Positions 1 through 11,000 of a DNA stretch of 64,000 bases are shown piece after piece. The notes under the pieces are model-generated. The model was not told where the DNA came from. It ran no database searches and saw only the letters and a list, made by a program, of their open reading frames with translations. Origin of the DNA: Macrostomum lignano (taxonomy: Eukaryota); assembly GCA_002269645.1 (NCBI GenBank), contig NIVC01001649.1, positions 25,884 through 89,883 of the forward strand. Direction: 5' to 3'. The position numbers and the translations under genes are program-made. Positions within the stretch are counted from its first letter, which is position 1, and each line of letters begins with the position of its first letter.

Positions 1-740
1 GCAGACTAACAGCCACTACAGCCTTGTGCCTGTCTGTCCTACTCTCCTGTCAACTTGGCGAGTTGATGAGGATCAGGGAGGCGGGCTGGCAAAGTCTGCC
101 AACGCCGCTAGAGTACAATGTAATAAAGTTAGTTAAACAAGCGAGCGCTTCATTATTCACCTGGCTGCAAAAACAGTCTCTCTCTCTTTCTCTCAGGGCA
201 ATAAAACGGCCTATTTTGTGACAGTGTTAATCACAATCCAATCAGCCCTCAGGTTTGTTCAAACAAACTCTGCTCTCTCGGAGGCATCAACTCCAACTGC
301 ACCCGCTGTGGAGTGGAGCACCGGTGAGGCTGCTGCTGGACTCAGATAGGCTTGGCCCAGACCTCTCCAACAAATCAATCAATTCGCAATCGGCTGCAGT
401 TATGCCAGCCCAGCCCCCTCCAGTGCTTAGTTCAATTGAAATATACTGCTAAAAACTGAAAGATTCTCTCTAATTAAGCTATTAACAGCAGGCAAGCTTC
501 TTGATTGATTGGCCATAAATCCATCATTTTTACTGGGACTATGCCTCTAAAACGGAAAAGCAAACTCTGTGATTAGTTCAATCGGTCTGTGTGCAGTGAG
601 TATTCGTAGTTTTGACTGATATTCATAATTAATAAAACATTTTCAAATATATTCTTAATCAATAGATGAATTTTATAGAATTAATAAAATCAGTCTCAAT
701 TAAATTTGGGCAGGCAAAACTTTACATTTTCAGGTGTCGT

Positions 741-1520
741 GGGGAAAGCAGCTCGCTGAGGGGAATGCAGCTCGCTGAGGGGAAAGCAGCTCGCTGAGGG
801 GAAAGCAGCTCGCTGAGGGGAATGCAGCTCGCTGAGGGGAAAGCAGCTCGCTGAGGGGAATGCAGCCCGCTGAGGGGAATGCAGCTCGCTGAGGGGAAAG
901 CAGCTCGCTGAGGGGAAAGCAGCTCGCTGAGGGGAAAGCAGCTCGCTGAGGGGAATGCAGCTCGCTGAGGGGAAAGCAGCTCGCTGAGGGGAAAGCAGCT
1001 CGCTGAGGGGAAAGCAGCTCGCTGAGGGGAATGCAGCTCGCTGTGGGGAATGCAGCTCGCTGAGGGGAATGCAGCTCGCTGAGGGGAAAGCAGCTCGCTG
1101 AGGGGAAAGCAGCTCGCTGAGGGGAATGCAGCTCGCTGTGGGGAATGCAGCTCGCTGAGGGGAAAGCAGCTCGCTGAGGGGAAAGCAGCTCGCTGAGGGG
1201 AATGCAGCTCGCTGTGGGGAATGCAGCTCGCTGAGGGGAAAGCAGCTCGCTGAGGGGAAAGCAGCTCGCTGAGGGGAATGCAGCTCGCTGAGGGGAAAGC
1301 AGCTCGCTGTGGGGAATGCAACTCGCTGAGGGGAAAGCAGCTCGCTGTGGGGAATGCAGCTCGCTGAGGGGAAAGCAGCTCGCTGAGGGGAAAGCAGCTC
1401 GCTGAGGGGAATGCAGCTCGCTGAGGGGAAAGCAGCTCGCTGAGGGGAAAGCAGCTCGCTGAGGGGAATGCAGCTCGCTGAGGGGAATGCAGCTCGCTGA
1501 GGGAAAAGCAGCTCTCTGAG
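741..1520. repeat. 19-bp minisatellite (GCAGCTCGCTGAGGGGAAA)n, ~41 copies, in the intron after the SH3 exon
   Basis: Unit read directly; variants GGGAAT and CTGTGG. Confidence 0.97.
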
Positions 1521-1578
1521 GCAAAGCTTGATGAAGGAAACTCCAAGCTAAAGATAATGCATAATCTGAGGCACTCAC

Positions 1579-2126
1579 ACAGCTTCAACCAGGGTCAGGT
1601 AGTCGCCAGTCTCGAAGGACAGTTCACCCTCAGTGCGGGCAACATAGTTAAACGTTGCTACTAGAAGCGTCACAGGCTGCTGGCCAAGGTTACCGCCACC
1701 AGTGTCGCCGCCGCAGTATTGAGGCTGCGGAGACGGCTGCTGCGGCTGCTTAAGTGAGGAGGTCCGACTGGAGTTCACAATCAGAGGCACTGGAGTGCTG
1801 TTGTTGCACGACCGTCGGCAGGGACTTTCCGACTGTTGTTGTTGCTGCTGCTGCTGCTGCTGTTGTTGCAGCGGCTGCTGACCCGCCGAAGCGCGTCTAA
1901 CCTTTGGAGACTGGAGCGCGTGTTGTGGACTGTTGTTGAGACTGCAACCTTTCACCAGCTGGTGCTGTCGGGATGGAGTTCCGTGAAGCGGCTGCTGCTG
2001 CTGCAGCGACTCTTCCTTCGACGGCGTCGCCAAGTTGGCCTGCTTTGCCGACCTTGGCTTGGACATCGGCGACGAGCTGGAGGCCGGGTCGTGCAGCTCC
2101 TTCTGGCGTGTAGCGCAGCCGCCCAT
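1579..2126 (-). CDS. First coding exon of an N-myristoylated SH3-domain protein, probably a Src/Frk-type tyrosine kinase; remaining exons not found in the window
   Basis: ATG at 2126 gives MGGCAT (Gly2/Cys4 lipidation-type start), a polyQ unique region, then the SH3 N-half LLVATFNYVARTEGELSFETGDYLTLVE; GTGAGT donor at 1578. The kinase call is inferred from architecture only. Confidence 0.8.
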
Positions 2127-2384
2127 CCTGTCGCCGAGTTTGAGAAGCTGCTCAGCTCAGACGGGGAAGCCGATTGCCTTTACACTAGGGTGCAGGGGAG
2201 TCGAAGAGCCAGTCTGCTTTGGGAATCGCACTGTAGGGGAGGAGGGGCCACCGTCCCCTTGCCTGGACTTGTCTGGGGGTCGCAATCTGCCTTTGGGTCT
2301 TCTGGGGGGGGGCTTGGCCTGCTCTTCCCGCTGCCAGTCGGAGCTGCGTGCTATATGCGTGCCGGGCGCGATCAATATAATGTG

Positions 2385-2545
2385 AATGGGCGGCCGGGGT
2401 GTTGAAAAGTGAGGGGGTTGGGCCGGGCGCGCAATGGGCCGCGTGTGAGGACACGCCGGGAGTGCAGCGTAGCCAAAATTCAAAGGGAAGGCGGGCAAGG
2501 GTTTTTGGTGGGCGGGGGCCCGGAATTCTGCCAGCCAATAGGAGG
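2385..2545 (-). promoter_or_regulatory. Possible GC-box/CCAAT promoter region of the SH3 gene
   Basis: GGGCGG motifs near 2389 and 2510 and CCAAT at 2535-2539, upstream of ATG 2126; motif presence only. Confidence 0.3.
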
Positions 2546-3004
2546 CCTGCGAGCCTCCGCCCCCGAAGCTAAAAATAGATTCGGGGAACCAAAATGCTGC
2601 CAAGTGCCAACACTTCAAGTTAGCGTCGTACAGTTGCAACTTTCAAGTGGTGGTGTCGTTTGCGCTAATTTCTACTTGTTAGTAGAGAGAGAGGAATTTC
2701 GGCTCCAAAAGAAGTTATTCACGAGCGCGTATTGACATTGTTTTAGTGTTATTCATGTCTACTAGTTGGTTTAAAAGGTTTTATTGATGGCCATTAGTTG
2801 GTCTAAGATTTCATTTATTGAGTTTTATTGATGGCTAGCTCGTATTAGTTCGTCTAGTATATTTTTATTAGTGGCGTTCTCCTCTTTGTTAACTTTACGT
2901 CCGAGCTCGGGTGCTTTATATAAAATCAGATCTACCTGTGTTGCGACTTTCTTCTCATTTCTTCAGTTCATCTGCTCTCGTCTCTGTTTTCTCTCCCTCT
3001 CTGT

Positions 3005-3150
3005 CTAGTTCAGTCATCTCTCTCCCCTCGCGGCTTTCTGATTGGCTCTTCAGTCTGACCTCTTTCCACTCTTTTCTCTCCCTCTCTGGCTAGTTCAGTC
3101 ATCTCTCCCCTCGCGGCTTTCTGATTGGCTCTTCAATCTGATCTCTTTCC
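3005..3150. repeat. ~62-bp direct duplication containing CTGATTGGCT
   Basis: CTAGTTCAGTCATCTC...CGCGGCTTTCTGATTGGCTCTTCA at ~3005 and ~3089. Confidence 0.85.
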
Positions 3151-3924
3151 TCATTCGCGAACTCCACCCATCATTTCTTATCAGCACAAAACTCACCCTT
3201 CAATCTGATGTCTTATAAATGCAAGTTTACAGTCAACGAGGCTGTCGTATTTTGACTGCATATTAACAGCTAGGAATACCAAGCTATATTTTTCCGCCCG
3301 TCGAACTACCAAGTTTCATCTGGTGTCATCTGCTGAAGGTGCTGACGGCGTCGGGGTGATGACAGAATGCTTGAGAGACCAGCTGAGGATGTCAAGCAGT
3401 TGAGGTTTGCCCTCTGTTGAGGCTTGATCAGCGAACCTAGAGAAATTTGCAACAGGGTGTCCATCGTCGCTGAATGCACTAGCGCTTATGGGAAAAATCC
3501 GACCTTCTGGCAGAATCTTTTTGAATATCTAATTGTAGGGCTGGCGACTTGATTCTTCTTTGAGAAGGTGCGCAACAAAGTCAGCACGTGATATCGTGAA
3601 TTTCGTGTACCTGGGTTGCTTCGATTCAGCGCAACAAAAAAATTGTCAAGGGGAATTTCTCACCTTTTCTTTTTAGAAAAAATGTTAAAACAATATATTT
3701 TTATAGCTATAAAAGCGAAAAGGAAATCTATATATTTTCAATTTAAGTTTTGCGTAATACGAGCGTTTAAATAGAAAGCAAAATAAGAAATTGTGCAAAA
3801 GGCACGCGAAAAAAGTTATCATATAAATGTCAGTCGAAAAATAAAGAAAATATAAAAGGCACATAAATTTTTCGCAATATTACAAAAAACTCGCGACTAA
3901 AATAACATACAATAAAGTTATTTA

Positions 3925-4428
3925 GGGGTAGAAATGAAAGGCAATAAAACTCGCTGGGGTAGAAATGAAAGGCAATAAAACTCGCGCGGGGTAGAAATGA
4001 AAGGCAATAAAACTCGCTGGGGGTAGAAATGAAAGGCAATAAAATTCGCTGGGGTAGAAATGAAAGGCAATAAAACTCGCAGGGGTAGAAATGAAAGGCA
4101 ATAAAACTCGCTGGGGGTAGAAATGAAAGGCAATAAAACTCGCAGGGGTAGAAATGAAAGGCAATAAAACTCGCGCGGGGTAGAAATGAAAGGCAATAAA
4201 ACTCGCTGGGGGTAGAAATGAAAGGCAATAAAACTCGCAGGGGTAGAAATGAAAGGCAATAAAACTCGCTGGGGGTAGAAATGAAAGGCAATAAAACTCG
4301 CTGGGGGTAGAAATGAAAGGCAATAAAACTCGCAGGGGTAGAAATGAAAGGCAATAAAACTCGCAGGGGTAGAAATGAAAGGCAATAAAACTCGCAGGGG
4401 TAGAAATGAAAGGCAATAAAATTCGTTG
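3925..4428. repeat. 32-33-bp minisatellite (GGGGTAGAAATGAAAGGCAATAAAACTCGC[A/TG])n, ~15 copies
   Basis: Unit read directly. Confidence 0.97.
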
Positions 4429-4901
4429 GGTATACAGCCGCCCTATGTTCAGGAGTCGTCGCTGCGCGTCGTGCCGATTGACTGGCAACGCGCAGTCATG
4501 GACGTTGGCGGCGATCCCCTGTGCGGTCAGCAGGGGAAGCAGCTCCAGTGTCTTGAGTTGCATAACTTGATCTGCGGGTCCCTGCACAACGGGCATTTGT
4601 CTATGTAGCCCGTGTCGTAACAGTTAACTTATTCACAATTCTTCCGCATCAAATTTACTTGGAATCGACATTCTCGGTGGACGACGAAGTGACCAGAACC
4701 TTGTTGGGATGACGTTTTTGGAGCAGCCGGAGTCGTCAGACAGTTTCTTTGCGCCGCCGGCTGCGAGCCCCCCATTTGGGAATCCGCATGCATTAGATAA
4801 TAAAATAAGATCAGTTGGAATTTGAGTACGCATACGCACTTCATCGTCAGACATGTACACTCTCTGCGCCTTTGGTGGCTGGTTGCTCCCTCCCATAGAC
4901 A

Positions 4902-5789
4902 GTAATTGCACAGGCCCCAAACTAATTGCACAGGCCCCAAACTAATTGCACAGGCCCCAAACTAATGACACAAGCCCCAAAACTAATTGCACACAGGCCG
5001 CAAAACTAATTGCACACAGGCCCTAAACTAATTGCACACAGGCCCTAAACTAATTGCACACAGGCCCCAAACTAATTGCACAGGCCCCAAACTAATTGCA
5101 CACAGGTCCCAAACTAATTGCACAGGCCCCAAACTAATTGCACACAGGCCCCAAACTAATTGCACAGGCCCTAAACTAATTGCACACAGGCCCCAAACTA
5201 ATTGCACAGGCCCCAAACTAATTGCACACAGGTCCCAAACTAATTGCACAGGCCCCAAACTAATTGCACAGGCCCCAAACTAATTGCACACAGGTCCCAA
5301 ACTAATTGCACAGGCCCCAAACTAATTGCACACAGGCTCCAAACTAATTACACAGGCCCTAAACTAATTGCACAGGCCCCAAACTAATTGCACACAGGCC
5401 CCAAACTAATGACACAAGCCCCAAAACTAATTGCACACAGGCCCCAAAACTAATTGCACACAGGCCCTAAACTAATTGCACACAGGCCCCAAACTAATGA
5501 CACAAGCCCCAAAACTAATTGCACACAGGCCCCAAACTAATTGCACACAGGCCCTAAACTAATTGCACACAGGCCCTAAACTAATTGCACACAGGCCCCA
5601 AACTAATTGCACACAGGCCCCAAACTAATTGCACACAGGTCCCAAACTAATTGCACAGGCCCCAAACTAATTGCACACAGGCCCCAAACTAATTGCACAG
5701 GCCCCAAACTAATTGCACACAGGCCCTAAACTAATTGCACACAGGCCCCAAACTAATTACACAGGCCTCAGACTAATTGTACACAGGCC
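4902..5789. repeat. 20/22-bp minisatellite (AAACTAATTGCA[CA]CAGGCCCC)n
   Basis: Unit read directly; two length variants interspersed. Confidence 0.97.
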
Positions 5790-6990
5790 GTACATGTAAT
5801 TGGTTCAACCATAATGTACATTGGCCACTGAAATGTACAAGGCAGATTTAGGCTGGAACAACCGATGAAGGTAAGAAAATTTGGGTCAGGGGTAGAGGTT
5901 TCGTGTGGAGTTTGATTGTTTAGCTTGGGGGGGGGGTTTAAGAGCCAATAAATGAGCCTTGTCTGTAAAAATACGTTAAAATGCTTCAGTTTAACTTACT
6001 ACTGAACTGAAAGTAGCTTGCACGCAAACGTGCTGAGTGGCCCATCCAGTTATTCTACGAGTATTATCTGTGGCTATATTCGTATTAGGATTGATTCAAC
6101 TAATAAATAAGCGAAAAATAAAGCAAATTTTACTGCGAATAAACAAATAGGAAAGTGATATATTAAATGAACAGCTCGCACAAGACACTAGCATTAGCAG
6201 TTAGCAGCGCACCGAACTCAGTTAAGCAAAGAAATTACCTTAAAGATTAAATATATAGAACACAGTATAGACAAATAAATGCAGCAAAAAGGAATAGAAT
6301 GAAATGGAAAACGCCCTATGCGCAACAATACATGCACATAAAAGACAGACGGATTACATTACATGCATTGCTAAAATCCTGGCCTTCATCATCTGCCAAC
6401 CTGAACTCCCCTGAGCAGCGATAAAAACCTCATTAAAATCAATCTACAGAATCGAGCGCACGTCAAATACCATGGACTATATTTAGAAGTCTAACAATAC
6501 AACATAGAAATATCCAGAAACTATCATGATGAATAGATTGCAATTAGATAGATAGTTCACAATTCACAAGCAGATATTAAAATATTGAATGTAGAATTTT
6601 TATAAATAGTACACAGATCGATAGACTGGTGTGAAATTTCTAAAACTCCTGTGTCAAGATCCCTATAAAACGAATTATCATTTATCATATAAAATAAAAT
6701 TCCTTTAAAACTGCTTACGGGAACGAACTAGATTCCAGCTGAATACAAAGATACTAGAATAGCTAGGTTTGCGGCCCACTCGCAAAAATGCCTCTTCATC
6801 CCGTTTTACCACCTCCAGACTGCCTCAAACTCTAAATTATTTGATAAGAAATCAATTTAGGTCGGAAGACTGCAGTAAAACTTGAAAAACTCAAAAACTA
6901 GTGCGTTTGCATAGCGAGCAAGTGAGAAAAGGGTTGGCGCCCCAAGCCCCCAGCTAGGACGATAAACAGTTAGACTTATAGTTAGCCTTA

Positions 6991-7225
6991 CTCCTTACTG
7001 CTCTCTCATTGGCTGAGCTAGATTGGCCTTCCCCACCCCAGGCTGAGTTTCGTTTGTCTGACTTTGTCCTCTCTCCTTACTGTTCTCTCATTGGCTGAGC
7101 CAGATTGGGCCTGCCCCACACCCAGACTGAGTTTCATCTGTCTGACTTTGCCCTCTCTCCTTACTGATCTCTCATTGGCTGAGCTAGATTATGCCAGCCC
7201 CACCCCACTAGGTTGAGTTTCGTCT
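6991..7225. repeat. Three diverged ~83-bp tandem copies carrying CTCATTGGCTGAGC
   Basis: CTCCTTACTG..CTCTCATTGGCTGAGC at ~6991, ~7073 and ~7157. Confidence 0.85.
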
Positions 7226-7449
7226 ATCTTGCGTTCATTTGTGTATGCTTCTGAGGCCACAAACCCCGAGAAAGGAAAGAAGATATTAGATGCGCATATA
7301 AAAAATTTAAGTAACACTGCGCAGAGAAACTACTGAGTTGACGCTCTGCTTTTTCAGTAGTGGCATATCTAGTTATTCTAGAAACTGTGCCTGATACTAA
7401 ACAGTAGTATATAGAGCAATCTTTCAGCTGCTAAAGCAGACAACCCTTG

Positions 7450-8049
7450 TCAATGCGATCCATCGAATTGCAATAGAAAAGTGCGAAAGAAGAAGCCGCC
7501 CAATGGCAGCGGCTCGTTCAGGTCCACCACTGGCCGGGTCAGCCGCAGCCCCGTGAGGGTCGCCTCGGCTGCTCGGCTGGGCCGACGAGGGCCCGCCTCG
7601 CCCGGACCAGCGGTAAACAGGTCGGCCAGACAGAAGCCCACTTTGGCTTTGCACGGTTGCTGCTGCTGCTGCTGCTCACCATTGCCGGTTTTGTGGCACA
7701 CGCTTGGCTGATTGTGCAGCACCAGCAGGGCCTGGAACCGGTGCCCAGGCGGCAACAACCGGTAGGTGACAATCTCCAGTGAGCAGGGCAGACCGGCCGG
7801 CGGCAGCAGGGACAGCTGGACAACTGGGGATTTGTTGCCAGGCGAACGGGTTAGGAAGGCCAACGGTCGGTGGTTGAGCCGGCGAGACAGCGCCAGCTCG
7901 GCCGGGGTCAGGAAGTCGCCAACCAGACGCTCGTCGTTATTGTTAGCGTCGGTGGAATCGGCGGCCGACTGAGTCGACCAGTGCAGCAGGAAGTCGCTGC
8001 GGGCTGGGTAAACCCGCTCCATGGCCTGGCCCACGCCGCGACTGTCGTC
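7450..8049 (-). CDS. MAN2A1: Alpha-mannosidase II exon 5 (terminal)
   Basis: CCCCCGCAG acceptor then DDSRGVGQ, continuing DIMLHRRTSQ (cf. DRRLMQDDNRGL); stop at 7450-7452. Confidence 0.9.
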   Translation of the reverse strand, partial: DDSRGVGQAMERVYPARSDFLLHWSTQSAADSTDANNNDERLVGDFLTPAELALSRRLNHRPLAFLTRSPGNKSPVVQLSLLPPAGLPCSLEIVTYRLLPPGHRFQALLVLHNQPSVCHKTGNGEQQQQQQPCKAKVGFCLADLFTAGPGEAGPRRPSRAAEATLTGLRLTRPVVDLNEPLPLGGFFFRTFLLQFDGSH

Positions 8050-11000
8050 CTGCGGGGGAATTCTGGATGGATTAGTGGGGAATTCTGGTTGGATTAGTGA
8101 GGAATTCTGGTTGGATTAGTGGGGAATTCTGGTTGGATTAGTGGGGAATTCTGGATGGATTAGTGGGGAATTCTGGTTGGATTAGTGAGGAATTCTGGTT
8201 GGATTAGTGGGGAATTCTGGTTGGATTAGTGAGGAATTCTGGTTGGATTAGTGAGGAATTCTGGTTGGATTAGTGAGGAATTCTGGTTGGATTAGTGAGG
8301 AATTCTGGATGGATTAGTGAGGAATTCTGGTTGGATTAGTGAGGAATTCTGGTTGGATTAGTGGGGAATTCTGGTTGGATTAATGGGGAATTCTGGTTGG
8401 ATTAGTGGGGAATTCTGGTTGGATTAATGGGGAATTCTGGTTGGATTAGTGGGGAATTCTGGTTGGATTAGTGGGAATTCTGGTTGGATTAGTGGGGAAT
8501 TCTGGTTTAATTTTTGGGGAATTCTGGTTGCATTATTGGCGAGAGTACTGGTTGGTCGGTTGGATTACGAATTGTAGAAAATTCATAATCATACACGTTG
8601 TTGATAATTGAAAAAATCTGGTTTTTTTGTCGGCAAAGATTGATGGATTATCGATAGAATCGCAGTTGGGATTATCGATCGAATTGCGGTGGGATTAACG
8701 ATAGAATCGCAGTTGGGATTATCGATCGAATTGCGGTGGGATTAACGATAGAATCGCAGTTGGGATTATCGATCGAATTGCGGTGGGATTAACGATAGAA
8801 TCGCAGTTGGGATTATCGATCGAATTGCGGTGGGATTAACGATAGAATCGCAGTTGGGATTATCGATCGAATTGCGGTGGGATTAACGATAGAATCGCAG
8901 TTGGGATTATCGATCGAATTGCGGTGGGATTATCGATCGAATTGCGGTGGGATTATCGATCGAATTGCGGTGGGATTATCGATCGAATTGCGGTGGGATT
9001 ATCGATAGAATCACGGTGGGATTACCGATAGAATCGCGGTGGGATTATCGATAGAATTGCGGTGGGATTATCGATAGAATCACGGTGGGATTACCGATAG
9101 AATCGCGGTGGGATTATCGATAGAATTGCGGTGGGATTATCGATCGAATTGCGGTGGGATTATCGATCTAATTGCGGTGGGATTATCGATAGAATCACGG
9201 TGGGATTACCGATAGAATCGCGGTGGGATTATCGATAGAATTGCGGTGGGATTATCGATCGAATTGCGGTGGGATTATCGATCGAATTGCGGTGGGATTA
9301 TCGATCGAATTGCGGTGGGATTATCGATAGAATCACGGTGGGATTACCGATAGAATCGCGGTGGGATTATCGATCGAATTGCGGTGGGATTATCGATAGA
9401 ATTGCGGTGGGATTATCGATCGAATTGCGGTGGGATTATCGATCGAATTGCGGTGGGATTATCAATAAAATCAGAGGATTTAAATGGAAGGATTATCGGC
9501 AGGATTAGGGTTGGATTAGGCGATACCCACACGCGCACACCTGAGAGGTCCGTCTGTGCAGCATAATGTCAAGCCGGCCGTCAGGCAGCAGGGCGGCACC
9601 GTGGCTCTGACCGGTCAGAACCGCCACCCGCCTCCGCCGGCCGCCGCGGCCAGCCGAGCCGCACAGCACTACGGCGCCGGTCACGGGGTACACGCCGGAC
9701 TCGAACGGGGCCTTCACCGGCCTGTGCCGCCTGACCAGCGCGGCGGAGTTCGCGTCAGTGTAGAAGTAGCGGCCATTCGCCAGGCTGAAGTTGGCCCGCA
9801 TGACCAGCTCCAGGTCCAGCCGCTTGGTCATGTCCGAGGACTCCGAGCTGGGCAGGTTCGCGAGGTTGGTGACTCGCACAGCGGAGTCCACCGCTGCCAG
9901 GCCGGTGCTGTACAGGGCCACCCGGTTTCTGTAGTGGTTCTGTTGGCGCAGGATGGAGCTGCGAACCGGGCCTCGAACTGAATAAACCACCGGGTCGGGC
10001 TGCAGGCCCTCGCGGGAGAGCGGGGCGCCCGGCTCCACCTGTTGCGCATGGGTTGTAGTGGAATTGTAGGGTACAAGTCAAATGGTTGACAGTCATTTGG
10101 TATCATTAAATTGCACTTTACAAATTAAATGATTATCACTAATCCCTCAGTGATTTCGAACGATAATCCCACTTTGATTACACTTATAATCCAGCTGAAA
10201 TTCTATGGATAATCCATCTGTATTTCTATCGATAATCCATCTGTAATTCTATCGATAATCCATATGTAATTCTATCGATAATCCATCTGTTGTTCTATCG
10301 ATAATCCATCTGTATTTCTGTCGATAATCCATCTGTAATTCTATCGATAATCCATCTGTAATTCTATCGATAATCCATCTGTAATTCTATCGATAATCCA
10401 TCTGTAATTCTATCGATAATCCATTTGTAATTCTATCGATATTCCATATGTAATTCTTTTGATAATCCATCTGTAATTCTATCGATAATCCATCTGTAAT
10501 TCTTTTGATAATCCATCTGTGGTTCTATCGATAATCCATCTGTAATTCTCATGATAATCCATCTGTGATTCTATCGATAATCCATCTGTAATTCTTTTGA
10601 TAATCCATCTGTAATTCTCTCGATAATCCATCTGTAATTCTTTTGATAATCCATCTGTAATTCTATCGATAATCCATCTGTAATTCTATCGATAATCCAT
10701 CTGTGGTTCTATCGATAATCCATCTGTAATCCCTGTGACTATATGTAGATAGTCCACTGCATTGATAATCCCGCTAATCCCAGCTCACCCCGCCCCCCAT
10801 GATGTAGGCGCCGCGCCTGGACTTCGCCAGCCCGAGATAGCCGAGCTCCAGCCCGAAGCCGGTGGCCGCCACGCCGCCGTCGCTGCCGCCGAGCTGCTGG
10901 ACGCTGACAAAGTCGGGCTCGCCGCCGGCCAGAGTAAAGTTGATGGCCAGCACGGAGTTGGCCAGAGTCAGCTGACTCCGGCCGGCGGTTTCGTCCAGTC

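Noticed and set aside
1-721. Next exon of the SH3 gene
   Set aside because: No WW/GxIPSNY-type SH3 continuation found on the - strand; presumably outside the window.
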